A stretch of 64,000 nt of DNA from an uncultured virus (IMG/VR IMGVR_UViG_3300043256_000236) (Duplodnaviria > Heunggongvirae > Uroviricota > Caudoviricetes). The position numbers were made by a program, and so were the translations under genes. The notes beneath the pieces were generated by a model. The model was not told the DNA's origin and did not search any database. It saw nothing but the letters and a program-made list of their open reading frames with translations. Position 1 is the stretch's first letter. Every line of letters starts with the position of its first letter. The stretch lies in the IMG/VR virus record IMGVR_UViG_3300043256_000236, positions 1 to 64,000 of that record; one strand, written 5' to 3'. Of the stretch, positions 40,157 to 49,863 are shown piece after piece.

Positions 40157-40176
40157 TCTTTGTTGGGAGAAACAAT

Positions 40177-41112
40177 ATGTGTGCATTAAACTTCAAAGGA
40201 ACAAATATTGGTGGATTCGGAGGATACGAATTAACTGATCAATTACAGTATAACGTTAAATGGTTTTTGGATTGGAATTTTTTGAACAATGGTGCTTATG
40301 GAATTTACGAGTATGATTCGGCAAGCTGGTATGATGACGACGAATCTAAATTACATCTTGTCCCGGATGAGAGATATGTTGAAGGTAGTGTGTGGGAGGG
40401 CGCGGGACGAGAATGGTCGTGGGAAAGTGGAGTTTCATTAGGTAGTGGTGCCATAGATCCTTTCCGTGTCTCAGGGGTCTACATAGAGGGGGATTTCTAT
40501 CCAATTAGTTCTGTAGGTATTAATCGCCATCACGTTGATTATCTCAATGGTAGAATTATATTCGACGAACCCAAAGATGCTAGCGATGATATCCGGGCTG
40601 AATACACTAGACGATCAGTCCATGTCGGGTTTGCTGATGATTCTGAATTTAGACGACTCATGTTGAATGCAGTGGAGGAGTTCTTGACAGACTCTTTGCC
40701 GTCTGGCACAACCTCTAGGGAACACCAGATTTGGCTACCGAGTATTTTCATTGAGGCAGTGAATGGTGAACAGAGGGGTTTGCAGCTCGGTGGAGGTCAG
40801 ATAAAAACGAGGTATATAACTTTTCATATATTCGCAGATAATCCACAAGATCGCAACTTGTTAAAAGATTGGCTTGATTATCAGAGTAGAACAACATTTT
40901 GGATGGCAGATCTCAATAGTCTTACATTTCCATTCGACGAGTATGGAGATATTATTCCTGGGGTAACCAATTGGGTAGACATGACTATTGATCATCCATG
41001 GAAGAAACTACGGGTTATAGACAGTAATTCAGCCACAATAAATTCATTAAATTCACAACTGTTTAGGGCTCGGGTGACATGGGAAATCGAGATAGATTTT
41101 GGTTCAATTTGA
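40177..41112 (+). CDS. putative tail terminator/completion protein
   Basis: LPSIFIE...GLQLGGG...FHIFA; precedes tail tube. Confidence 0.55.
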   Translation: MCALNFKGTNIGGFGGYELTDQLQYNVKWFLDWNFLNNGAYGIYEYDSASWYDDDESKLHLVPDERYVEGSVWEGAGREWSWESGVSLGSGAIDPFRVSGVYIEGDFYPISSVGINRHHVDYLNGRIIFDEPKDASDDIRAEYTRRSVHVGFADDSEFRRLMLNAVEEFLTDSLPSGTTSREHQIWLPSIFIEAVNGEQRGLQLGGGQIKTRYITFHIFADNPQDRNLLKDWLDYQSRTTFWMADLNSLTFPFDEYGDIIPGVTNWVDMTIDHPWKKLRVIDSNSATINSLNSQLFRARVTWEIEIDFGSI

Positions 41113-41182
41113 ATTTCTGGTGTATAACACAATAGTTGGACAGTTGTTTGGATAGTTCTAATTGAAGGGAGAATGACAAGAA

Positions 41183-42295
41183 GTGTCTCAGAATAGAATT
41201 TTTTACGCGATTCAATCATTGGGTTTCGCCCCGCATAATACGCTGTGTCCACTGGACGCAGGTGCATTGCATGAGGGTTCTGGAACACATCCGTCTGGAT
41301 TCATAACTGCACACGGTGTACAAAGTGTTGGACTCAATACTACGTTCAATCTTGAGCAAGTATTTGAACTTGGTCAGCTGGAGCTTTACGAGAATATCGA
41401 AGGTATCCCCGACATTGAGTTGACTGTACAGAAGGTGTTGGACGGATATCCATTGCTATACCACTTGTCTACGCCAAATGCGTCGTCTGCAACCTTGGTT
41501 GGTCGCTCAAATGAACGATGTTTTGCTGCCCTAAATATATACCCAGATACTTTCGATAACGCTTCTGGTGTACCACTTCAATCCGTAGGAATGTCTGGAA
41601 TGTATGTTTCGGCCCTATCTTACACAATGAACGTAGAAGGCAGTTCCACGGAAGACGCCACTTTTGTAGGTAACAACAAAGAATGGGTTGCTTCGGGCCT
41701 TACGCACTTTGCCCCATCTGTCTTTGATGGTTCTGATGCTCCCCTATCACTTGCTGCGTCTGGTGGTGTGGCACAACGTGAAAATATTCTGATGGGCTCT
41801 GGGTGCTCTATGGACAATGCTGGTGTTATTACTGGAGTTAGTGGCAGTCTCTGGCCGACAGAGATCGGTGGTATAGATGCGAATGGATGGAACCTTGTAT
41901 CTGGGGATTCTTATCTTGCTCACCTTCAGACAGCTACGGTTGCAACAGACCTTGGTCGAGAGGAATTATTCGAACTGGGCCGTAGAGGTCCCTATCATAG
42001 ATTCGTATCGTTTCCAACTGAAGTTACCTGCTCAATTGATACAACTTCGTCTGAGGGCGATCTAATTGACGCTCTTGCTGATCCTGTAGGTGGATCTAAT
42101 CTCAGCAATCAGAAGATTTTCATCTGGGTTGAAGAGGGGACGCGAATCAATCTTGGGGCGAAGAATAAGTTGGCATCTGTTACTTATGGAGGCGGAGATG
42201 CTGGTGGCGGAAATGTTAATGTAAGTTACAACTATTCGAATTTCAACAGCTTACGCGTCACTCATACAGCAGATCCAGCAGGACTTGCAACGTAG
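41183..42295 (+). CDS. major tail tube protein
   Basis: Duplicated beta domain (GVQSV...EQVFELGQ / REELFELGRRGP); own late promoter (41120) and terminator. Confidence 0.7.
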   Translation: MSQNRIFYAIQSLGFAPHNTLCPLDAGALHEGSGTHPSGFITAHGVQSVGLNTTFNLEQVFELGQLELYENIEGIPDIELTVQKVLDGYPLLYHLSTPNASSATLVGRSNERCFAALNIYPDTFDNASGVPLQSVGMSGMYVSALSYTMNVEGSSTEDATFVGNNKEWVASGLTHFAPSVFDGSDAPLSLAASGGVAQRENILMGSGCSMDNAGVITGVSGSLWPTEIGGIDANGWNLVSGDSYLAHLQTATVATDLGREELFELGRRGPYHRFVSFPTEVTCSIDTTSSEGDLIDALADPVGGSNLSNQKIFIWVEEGTRINLGAKNKLASVTYGGGDAGGGNVNVSYNYSNFNSLRVTHTADPAGLAT

Positions 42296-42322
42296 AATAC
42301 ATGGTTTAATTTGTTATCAGTT

Positions 42323-42357
42323 AATCGGGGTGGTTTTCGGACCATCCCGATTTTTTT
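42323..42357 (+). terminator. Rho-independent terminator
   Basis: AATCGGGGTGGT-TTTCGG-ACCATCCCGATT plus Ts. Confidence 0.85.
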
Positions 42358-42366
42358 ATTTTATAC

Positions 42367-42395
42367 GCAACAAATGTGTTACCCATACGTATAAT
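42367..42395 (+). promoter_or_regulatory. Class-I promoter
   Basis: GCAACA-N15-CGTATAAT. Confidence 0.7.
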
Positions 42396-42411
42396 AGTAT
42401 AGGAGAAAAAT

Positions 42412-43188
42412 ATGGCAACTGACCCCAAAACATTAGCGTATCGCAAAGAACACAATTTGTGCCCAAGAGACGGCAGGGCAAATAAACCTGGACGCAAGAT
42501 GTGTGATTATTGTCTGCAGAAATCTGCAGAAAAGACTGAGCGACACAGACAAAAGAAGAAGGCTGAGAGCCTTTGTTTATCTTGTGGCAAAATAGTGGAT
42601 AATGTTAAGTTTTGTGATACATGTAAGAAGAATGTAGCTATTACGTTGCACAAATCGCACATTAAAAGATATGGTTTGCGAAAAGAAACAGGTCGATGCA
42701 TTCATTGTTGTGCGGATACTGCTCCTGGCAAGGCTGCTTGTCAACCATGTTTGGATAAGAGGGGATCTCTTCAAAACGCTAAGCACGACAAAAATAGACT
42801 GAATGGTAGATGCTCGCAATGTGGCGGTGATCGTGGTGACTCAAAGGGTAAAAGGTGTCAAATATGTATCGAAAAACGCAATAACTGGTATCAAGGATCA
42901 CCTACTCAGGCCAAAGATAAAGTTAGGAGAGATGAAAACCGTGAAGCTGTTATCAAACATTATGGTGGTAGGTGTGTTTGTTGTAACGAAGATGAGCCGT
43001 GCTTTTTGGCTATAGACCACATAGACGGTGACGGCAATACTCATCGTAAACAGATAAAAAAGTATGGGTCCGGATTTTTCAAATGGTTGGTTGACAATGA
43101 TTTCCCGACAGGATTTCAGGTCCTGTGCCACAATTGCAACGTGGGCAAACATCTTAACGGTGGTATATGTCCACACCAAGTCCCATAA
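42412..43188 (+). CDS. HNH endonuclease with four N-terminal CxxC-CxxC repeats
   Basis: YGGRCVCC...LAIDHIDGDG..HR...QVLCHNCN. Confidence 0.8.
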   Translation: MATDPKTLAYRKEHNLCPRDGRANKPGRKMCDYCLQKSAEKTERHRQKKKAESLCLSCGKIVDNVKFCDTCKKNVAITLHKSHIKRYGLRKETGRCIHCCADTAPGKAACQPCLDKRGSLQNAKHDKNRLNGRCSQCGGDRGDSKGKRCQICIEKRNNWYQGSPTQAKDKVRRDENREAVIKHYGGRCVCCNEDEPCFLAIDHIDGDGNTHRKQIKKYGSGFFKWLVDNDFPTGFQVLCHNCNVGKHLNGGICPHQVP

Positions 43189-43207
43189 CCACAATTTTAT
43201 TTTTAAT

Positions 43208-43235
43208 GGAACAGCCCCTTTGTCCAACGTATAAT
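43208..43235 (+). promoter_or_regulatory. Class-I promoter
   Basis: GGAACA-N14-CGTATAAT. Confidence 0.6.
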
Positions 43236-43253
43236 GTGTATGGAGGAATTTAG

Positions 43254-43691
43254 ATGTATTTTCACGTAACCGTTGCTGTAATGCCAGGTGTTCCAGATCC
43301 TATACACATAACTCTTGACATTGGCGATAAGACGGCTTTGATGGATCTCTCAAAGACAGATGCGCGTGAACTTATGCATTTCTTGGCTGAACCATGCGGC
43401 ATTACACAAAATGGCAACACAATACTTTGGTTCAAGGCTGGTTATGGTCGGGAGTGTAGGTTTCTATGGAGTGGCTGTATGTTCGTTCTCATGAAGGTGT
43501 GCACACCCCCTGGTATCGACCAAAAATATGTAGTAGATCTTGTTCTAGAAAGAGACGCAGCTACATGTTTATCAAAGGGAATATCCAATGCACTTAATGC
43601 TGACACCAAAACTGATTTGATCAATCCTACGGATTTACTAGCCGGTGCGGATAAGAGGCTGGACGACAACTTGCGTTCAGTTTTTACATAG
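43254..43691 (+). CDS. hypothetical protein
   Basis: GGAGG RBS. Confidence 0.6.
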   Translation: MYFHVTVAVMPGVPDPIHITLDIGDKTALMDLSKTDARELMHFLAEPCGITQNGNTILWFKAGYGRECRFLWSGCMFVLMKVCTPPGIDQKYVVDLVLERDAATCLSKGISNALNADTKTDLINPTDLLAGADKRLDDNLRSVFT

Positions 43692-43701
43692 GACGAGAAA
43701 A

Positions 43702-43914
43702 ATGGTTGAACAACATGCTTGTCCTACGTGCGAGAAAGATGGGTTTGTACGATGTGAGTGGGCTAAGACCTATGACGTACAGAGTGGCTATATAAGGTGC
43801 AATAACAAAGCAGAGTATTACATGAAAACAACGATGAAGGATTTTGGGATACAAACAACTACTTATTTGTGTACTACCCATTACAAGATGACAAAGGATG
43901 ATACAAATAGATGA
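43702..43914 (+). CDS. hypothetical Zn-binding protein
   Basis: CPTC...C...LCTTH. Confidence 0.45.
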   Translation: MVEQHACPTCEKDGFVRCEWAKTYDVQSGYIRCNNKAEYYMKTTMKDFGIQTTTYLCTTHYKMTKDDTNR

Positions 43915-44278
43915 AGGAATTAGAAAAGTGATCTATTTCGTAGTTGCTCAAAAAGAACAAGATGGAGAATGGAAGTTGTTCGGTCCAGATGAACGTATAG
44001 AAAAGGCTGATGAGAAGATCGCCGAATTAGAGAATGACCCCGCGTATTCTCAAGTTGAGCTGGCTAGGGTGTTGACAGACGAAGATGGGCCAGATTGGCT
44101 GCGTGATCCTCCGTCAGTACCATGGAATGTAATATATCCTGATCATTGGCCTTCACACTATAACGGTAATTCAGAACCATGTGGCATGATAGAGGGGCCA
44201 TGTGGTTGTGGGGCCTGGCATTCCATGGATGAAAATTGGGTTAAAGAAATGATTGACCAGTATGGTTTGCCTGAGTAA
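43898..44278 (+). CDS. hypothetical protein
   Basis: Operon-packed; C..I.GPC.CGAWH. Confidence 0.55.
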   Translation: MIQIDEGIRKVIYFVVAQKEQDGEWKLFGPDERIEKADEKIAELENDPAYSQVELARVLTDEDGPDWLRDPPSVPWNVIYPDHWPSHYNGNSEPCGMIEGPCGCGAWHSMDENWVKEMIDQYGLPE

Positions 44279-44284
44279 ATTACG

Positions 44285-44926
44285 ATGCCAAAATTAGTCG
44301 ATTTAATTGGGCAAAGATTTGGAAGATTGCTGGTAATAGAACCTCATTATAGTAGCAAATACAAAAGAGTTCTATGGCTATGTCAGTGTGAATGTGGGAA
44401 AGAAAAAATTGTTTTGGGTTATAATCTCAAAAGTGGCAATACACAAAGTTGCGGGTGTTTAGGTAAAGAAGGAAATCATGCAATACACGGTCACCATAGA
44501 AGAGGGAAAGCAACCAGAGAGTACAAATCATGGGCTTCCATGAAAGAACGATGCACTAATCCCAACCACAAATATTGGAAGAATTATGGTGGTCGTGGAA
44601 TTACGGTTTGTAAGAAATGGATGGAATTCTCTAATTTCCTTATGGATATGGGAGAAAGACCTTCAGGATGTACGCTCGAACGGATAAAAAACGAAAAGGG
44701 ATATTTTAAAAAGAATTGCTATTGGGCAACACGAAATCAACAACAGAGAAACACACGAAGGAATCTCTATGTTTCATACGCAGGGGAACGATGGCTTTTT
44801 ATAGAATTGTGTGAAAAATTTAATATGCCTCGTCAACTTGTGTATGGTAGATATTATGGGCTCTATTGGACTCTGGAAGAAGCCCTAATAACCACCGTTG
44901 GGGAAAAGAGAAAAAGAAATGATTGA
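44285..44926 (+). CDS. free-standing HNH-family homing endonuclease-like protein
   Basis: DLIGQRFGRL, WLCQCECG, SCGC, YGGRGITVC, TLER..N..GY...NC.WA. Confidence 0.8.
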   Translation: MPKLVDLIGQRFGRLLVIEPHYSSKYKRVLWLCQCECGKEKIVLGYNLKSGNTQSCGCLGKEGNHAIHGHHRRGKATREYKSWASMKERCTNPNHKYWKNYGGRGITVCKKWMEFSNFLMDMGERPSGCTLERIKNEKGYFKKNCYWATRNQQQRNTRRNLYVSYAGERWLFIELCEKFNMPRQLVYGRYYGLYWTLEEALITTVGEKRKRND

Positions 44927-46811
44927 TATCAAACGATTGGAAAAAGCGTCAGAAGCCTATTATTCTGGTAATCCACTAATGACCGATGCAGAATTCGATA
45001 TGGCCATTGCCGAATTACAGGAAAGTGATCCTGATAGTTATTTTCTTAAACGTATCGGAGCGCCCGTTCCTGGTGTGTCGAAAGCTAAGCATGCCATACA
45101 GATGGGGAGTCTGAATAACATACATGACGAAAAAGAATTTCGAACTTGGGTGCCTAGCGATGGACCCTATATTTGTTTGTCTCATAAACTTGATGGTTCA
45201 TCTTTGGAATTAGTTTACAAGGATGGTCACTTTATACAGGCAATAACACGTGGGGATGGTGAAGTCGGGGAAGACGTTACCAGAAATGTCCTAGCCTCGA
45301 AGAATGTCCCATTGTCTATCAATCCACTGATTGTATCTGTTCGATGCGAATGTTTGATACTTAAGGACGATTGGGAAAACCATTTCGAGGGAGACGCTAA
45401 TCCTCGCAATTCTGCTGCAGGTACACTCCGTCGCCACGATGGTCGCAATGCTGAATATCTTAGGTTCTATGCTTTTGATGCAATAATAGATGAGGCAAAA
45501 AAAACCCCAGGGAATTCGCTCTTTACTGTGTCTGATATGGATACATTAGATATGCTGTCTCTATGGTTCCTAACTCCATCTCGTAAATGGTCCAATGATC
45601 CATCGACTATGATAAGTTGGTATAAAAAAGAAGAAGAACGTAGAGACTGTCTATCGTATGAGATTGATGGTATAGTGGCTAAAATTGATGATCGCCAGGC
45701 GTCTTTTAAAATGGGCATCGTAAATGGTCACCCTAAAGGACAAGTAGCTATAAAATTCAAACCCCGTGGTGGTGAGACCGTATTGAGAAGTGTAACGTGG
45801 CAAGTTGGTCATACGGGGGTTTTGTCTCCGGTAGGTATAGTTGATCCAGTTGGTGTTGGAGGGACTACCATACGACGTGTTACATTATGCAATATGGATG
45901 AGATAGATCGTCTTGGTATAGCTATTGGGGATACTATAGAGATCATCAGAGCTTGTGATGTTATCCCAAAGTTATCTAAAATGATAAAAAAAGGTTCTAA
46001 TAGAAAACTTATTCATCCTCCCCTTTCTTGTCCTGCATGCTGCCTGGCAACAACAAGAGATGGTGCGCATATTCGATGTAGAAATCATGAATGTACCCTC
46101 AAATCTTATCATCGCGTAATGAATTGGGTTAAAAAACGCAACATCCTCAACGTAGGAATAAAACTGATAATAGCAGCAAAAATAAAAACCATTTCTCAAT
46201 TGTATAAAACTAGTATGGATGAATGGGAAGATGTAAGAATTAGTAATCGTATATTTGGTGAGAAGAGGGCAAAGAAGGTAATTGATGCTCTAGAAAAATC
46301 CAAAATTGTTTCATTGCCAGATTTCTTGGGGTCTCTTGGAATCAAGGGGGTCGGTAGATCTTTGGCGTCTGGTTTGTGCGAGCATTTTAGTGGTCTTCCA
46401 GATAGTCAATTAACACTTAAAGATATTTTTTGGCTTAAAGAGCAGGATGTTGCAGGACACGAGAAGTTTGGTAAGATCAGAGCATCTGATTTCTGTGATT
46501 GGTTACAACAACATAAGGTTGAGATTGAGGTATTAGCTGATATGATGGATATACAGTATGAAACGAATGACGAGAAGGGTATTTTTGATGGAGAGGTAAT
46601 TTGTTTTACTGGTAAGTCGCCAAAACCTCGCCCAGAAATGATCCGTTTAGCGGAAGCTGCTGGTGCATTAGTGTCTAACTCTGTTAATAGCAATACCACC
46701 ATATTAGTAGTGGCTGATACGAACAAGAAGTCGTCTAAGTCTATTAGGGCGGGTCAATTTGGAATCAGAATTATGTCAACCCAGGATTTCATGATTCAGG
46801 TAGATGGTTGA
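44919..46811 (+). CDS. ligA: NAD-dependent DNA ligase
   Basis: AYYSG..TDAEFD, HKLDG, TRGDG..GEDVT, NPRNSAAG, IDGIV.K, Zn finger, HhH, BRCT. Confidence 0.95.
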   Translation: MIDIKRLEKASEAYYSGNPLMTDAEFDMAIAELQESDPDSYFLKRIGAPVPGVSKAKHAIQMGSLNNIHDEKEFRTWVPSDGPYICLSHKLDGSSLELVYKDGHFIQAITRGDGEVGEDVTRNVLASKNVPLSINPLIVSVRCECLILKDDWENHFEGDANPRNSAAGTLRRHDGRNAEYLRFYAFDAIIDEAKKTPGNSLFTVSDMDTLDMLSLWFLTPSRKWSNDPSTMISWYKKEEERRDCLSYEIDGIVAKIDDRQASFKMGIVNGHPKGQVAIKFKPRGGETVLRSVTWQVGHTGVLSPVGIVDPVGVGGTTIRRVTLCNMDEIDRLGIAIGDTIEIIRACDVIPKLSKMIKKGSNRKLIHPPLSCPACCLATTRDGAHIRCRNHECTLKSYHRVMNWVKKRNILNVGIKLIIAAKIKTISQLYKTSMDEWEDVRISNRIFGEKRAKKVIDALEKSKIVSLPDFLGSLGIKGVGRSLASGLCEHFSGLPDSQLTLKDIFWLKEQDVAGHEKFGKIRASDFCDWLQQHKVEIEVLADMMDIQYETNDEKGIFDGEVICFTGKSPKPRPEMIRLAEAAGALVSNSVNSNTTILVVADTNKKSSKSIRAGQFGIRIMSTQDFMIQVDG

Positions 46812-46909
46812 CGAACAAAGAATTGTTGATTTTGTACACCCTGACTTTTTGTGTCTTGCCACCCCCAGGCCAAAGGCCAGAATTAATATGGTTCAATTAT
46901 CATATTTAG

Positions 46910-47024
46910 GTGTATAAGATAGATGGACGGAAGCCATGAGCAGGCGTCAAACAAGAGTTACGCCATCCTTGCGCGTCGTTCGCTACCTTAGTACTCGGGA
47001 CCTGAAACACGGTCCCGCTTTTTT
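46910..47024 (+). other. small stand-alone transcription unit (about 100 nt sRNA or 22-aa peptide)
   Basis: GTGTATAA at 46910 and terminator CGGGACC-TGAAACAC-GGTCCCG plus Ts. Confidence 0.45.
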
Positions 47025-47033
47025 ATTTCTTGT

Positions 47034-47062
47034 GGAACACGGGGTGCGGTTGAACGTATAAT
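47034..47062 (+). promoter_or_regulatory. Class-I promoter
   Basis: GGAACA-N15-CGTATAAT. Confidence 0.7.
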
Positions 47063-47121
47063 AGATAACGACATAGTGTCGTTCTCGGGGGTGAGCCCGG
47101 CGATCTGTGGGAGAAAAGCCA

Positions 47122-47277
47122 ATGGCAGATAAGATTGAGATGATTTCTATTCCTCAAAAGGAATATGATCAGCTAGTAAGTGATCAAAGATGGTTGGCAG
47201 CTCTGGAGGCTGCTGGGATTGACAACTGGGATGGGTGCGACATAGCGCGTGAAGCCATGTCCGAGTATGGTAATTGA
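47122..47277 (+). CDS. 51-aa acidic phage protein (T3 gp5.9-like motif), absent from the ORF track
   Basis: MADKIEMISIPQKEYDQLVSDQRWLAALEAAGIDNWDGC...; GGGAG RBS. Confidence 0.6.
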   Translation: MADKIEMISIPQKEYDQLVSDQRWLAALEAAGIDNWDGCDIAREAMSEYGN

Positions 47278-47292
47278 AGTAGGAGAAAAAAT

Positions 47293-47397
47293 ATGTGGTA
47301 TAATAAGCCGAAGCCAAAGCTACGGGGTGTAGCACTAATAGATTCTGTGGCCAATCGTTTCAATGATATGGTCGATGAACTGGAAGTTGGTATGTAG
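47293..47397 (+). CDS. 34-aa hypothetical peptide
   Basis: AGGAG RBS; ends 6 nt before tmRNA. Confidence 0.4.
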   Translation: MWYNKPKPKLRGVALIDSVANRFNDMVDELEVGM

Positions 47398-47403
47398 ATA
47401 TAA

Positions 47404-47755
47404 GGGGCTGAAAGGTTTCGACAGGGTAAGTGAAGATTATGTGGCGTGCCGAGGTTGTCAGTGGGCCTCGTTAAACAACTGATAAAAAAGTCTTAAACGG
47501 CGAATCCAAGTTCAAATTGGCTGCGTAGCAGCCCGTCAACCAGAAGACGCCTACTATTCTGCAAGACGACGACCAGTTGGCTAGTGTTTGTTTGATACCT
47601 AACCGAATTAACGCGAAACAATAGTTGGGCATGGAAAAACAAAAGCCTGTCGATTGGCGTTTGTGGCTTCGAGATTTAAACAATCGAATATGCACGTAGA
47701 AGGCATGATTTAATCTATTCCTGGACCCGACTTTCGAAAGTCGGCAGCTCCACCA
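47404..47755 (+). ncRNA. ssrA: tmRNA, tag (A)GESKFKLAA*
   Basis: GGGGCTG...TTCGAC 5' end; CAGCTCCACCA 3' end with G3:U70; PK1 CGAGG/CCTCG; tag ends LAA. Confidence 0.92.
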
Positions 47756-47834
47756 GGGCAGTTAGTTCAATAGGTAGAACGCAACCCAGCAGGACCAAGG
47801 GTTGAGGTTGTAGGTTCGAATCCTTCACTGCCCA
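47756..47834 (+). ncRNA. tRNA-like RNA with enlarged (11-13 nt) anticodon loop
   Basis: GGGCAGT/ACTGCCC, GTTC/GAAC, CAACCC/GGGTTG around AGCAGGACCAA, GGTTCGAATCC. Confidence 0.7.
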
Positions 47835-47851
47835 TTGTTTGGAGGTATATT

Positions 47852-48136
47852 GTGTTCAATCTCATTGGTTTCCGGACAGATTATGAATATGGTTATGGTG
47901 GATATACTGGTGTAACTAATTCTGTCGAAAAAATAGTAGCTACTTTTGACTCAGAAAATGATGCGAGAGTATATATTAAAAAATCCAAACTGAAAAATGC
48001 CACCACATGGACCGAAAGACCATTCAGAAAAAATAGTCTTTTGTGTTATTTTCAGGACGCAGAGGTTAAAGAGGTGGTCAAAGATGATTCGCCTCCACAC
48101 AACCCCACGCTTAGAGAGGGAAAGAGGAAGATATGA
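47852..48136 (+). CDS. hypothetical protein
   Basis: GGAGG RBS, GTG start. Confidence 0.55.
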   Translation: MFNLIGFRTDYEYGYGGYTGVTNSVEKIVATFDSENDARVYIKKSKLKNATTWTERPFRKNSLLCYFQDAEVKEVVKDDSPPHNPTLREGKRKI

Positions 48137-48489
48137 ACTTAGAACAAGCAAAAGCAAAGTTGGACACTATTAGCAAGTCTACAGCGATTCAACACCCTAA
48201 GGTCCTGGTTAGTGAACTATGCGTAGTGGTAAAGTTTTTGTTGGACGAAATAGAGAGGGTGAAGTCGCCTAATATGGTATCACTTTTGAAACAACCTCTT
48301 GATCCAAATCAACCAATACATACGCCACCGCCAAGTACTAATAAGCCGGATATTCCATTTATTCCCCACAAACATCCATGGCCAGATACGCCCAAAAGGA
48401 CGGTTTGCCCCGATACACCGCCCACACGTCGCGAAGATCCAAGTGTGCCGCCCATACGTAGAAAGGGAAACGCAGGGGACGCTACGTAA
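48133..48489 (+). CDS. hypothetical Pro-rich protein
   Basis: GAGG RBS. Confidence 0.55.
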   Translation: MNLEQAKAKLDTISKSTAIQHPKVLVSELCVVVKFLLDEIERVKSPNMVSLLKQPLDPNQPIHTPPPSTNKPDIPFIPHKHPWPDTPKRTVCPDTPPTRREDPSVPPIRRKGNAGDAT

Positions 48490-48513
48490 ATTAGTGAGAC
48501 AGGAGGAAGCATT

Positions 48514-49479
48514 ATGATGGAAGTTTCTGAACATACATGTGATGTCGTTGAAATTAAGCTACGAATCCACTCAAACGCAGATGCGTTGAGCCTGGTTCAT
48601 GTGGGTGATTTTCAGTGTGCCGTAAGAACTGCTGATTGGAAAGATGGCGATCTTGCTATCTATATTCCACCAGACAGTATTGTGCCAGACACAAAAGAGT
48701 TTGAATTCTTGGGCGAACACAAAAGGATTAAAGCTAGGAAATTGCGTGGTGAGTGGTCTGTCGGATTGTTAATACCTGCACCGTCCGATGCCAAGATTGG
48801 TGACGATTACATGGAAAAGTTGGGGATCACGCATTATGAACCACAAATCCATGGACATTTTAGTACAGGTGGAGACAATGTTACACCCCCAGAGGGATTT
48901 TTCCCTAAATATGACGTATTGAACTTCCGTAGATATTCCGAGTTTTTCGAGGAGGGTGAAGAAGTAATTGTTACCGAAAAATTACACGGAGCTAATGCTC
49001 GCTTTGTTTGTATAGACGATCTTATATATTGTGGATCTCGTAACCATTGGAAAAAAGAAGATCCCAACAATCTATGGTGGAAAGCACTGAAGAACTGCCA
49101 AGTGTTAGATGCGTGGCTTAGGCATCATCAGAATCTAATAGTATACGGAGAGGTGTTCGGTCAAGTCCAGAACTTGAAATATGGAGCTTTGCCTGGAGAG
49201 GTTAAGTTTGCAGCTTTCGATATTCTCAGGGGTGATAAGTGGCTAGATTTTGATGAAGCTCATGAGGTTGGTGCTCCATTGCCATGGGTTCCACTTGTCT
49301 ATCGTGGTTCGTTTGACAAAGAGCAAATTCTGACATTAGCCGAAGGAGACTCTAGTTACCCAGGTGCGCAGCATCATCGCGAAGGTGTCGTAGTTAAACC
49401 AATACACGAACGTACGGAAAGAAAAATAGGAAGGCTGCAACTTAAAATAGTTGGAAATAGGTATTTGTCAAAATCATGA
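48514..49479 (+). CDS. RNA ligase, Rnl2-like/DRB0094 family with N-terminal OB-like domain
   Basis: HSNADAL, IYIPPDS, KLRGEWS.GL; TEKLHGAN, VYGEVFG, FDI, REGVVVK, LK. Confidence 0.85.
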   Translation: MMEVSEHTCDVVEIKLRIHSNADALSLVHVGDFQCAVRTADWKDGDLAIYIPPDSIVPDTKEFEFLGEHKRIKARKLRGEWSVGLLIPAPSDAKIGDDYMEKLGITHYEPQIHGHFSTGGDNVTPPEGFFPKYDVLNFRRYSEFFEEGEEVIVTEKLHGANARFVCIDDLIYCGSRNHWKKEDPNNLWWKALKNCQVLDAWLRHHQNLIVYGEVFGQVQNLKYGALPGEVKFAAFDILRGDKWLDFDEAHEVGAPLPWVPLVYRGSFDKEQILTLAEGDSSYPGAQHHREGVVVKPIHERTERKIGRLQLKIVGNRYLSKS

Positions 49480-49503
49480 TATCAATAGAAAGGTAGGTAC
49501 ATA

Positions 49504-49782
49504 ATGCCATATATTCCAAGGGAGGACAGGGCCGTTTATGATGATGACATCAATAGTTTGGGTTCATCATTAGATTGCTTGTCCAATGACCAGTTAGCCG
49601 GTCATCTTAACTATATCTTTTTCCGTCTGGCAGGCAGCATGTGTACTGGAGATGATATGTCGTATGCAAGAGCTGCCGTTGTTTCATCTGCTCTTAGTGA
49701 AGCACAAGCTGAATTCCGTCGTAGGGTTATGGCTCCTTATGAAAATGAAAAAATCAAAGAAAATGGGGATATTGAATTTTGA
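49504..49782 (+). CDS. conserved phage hypothetical protein
   Basis: MPYI...G.LNY...EF.RR..APYE..KI.ENGD. Confidence 0.65.
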   Translation: MPYIPREDRAVYDDDINSLGSSLDCLSNDQLAGHLNYIFFRLAGSMCTGDDMSYARAAVVSSALSEAQAEFRRRVMAPYENEKIKENGDIEF

Positions 49783-49786
49783 TATT

Positions 49787-49859
<73 letters not shown>

Positions 49860-49863
49860 TTTA

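Noticed and set aside
46995..47018. rRNA fragment (GGGACCTGAAACACGGTCCC resembles an rRNA hairpin)
   Set aside because: Too short, and the following T-run fits a terminator.
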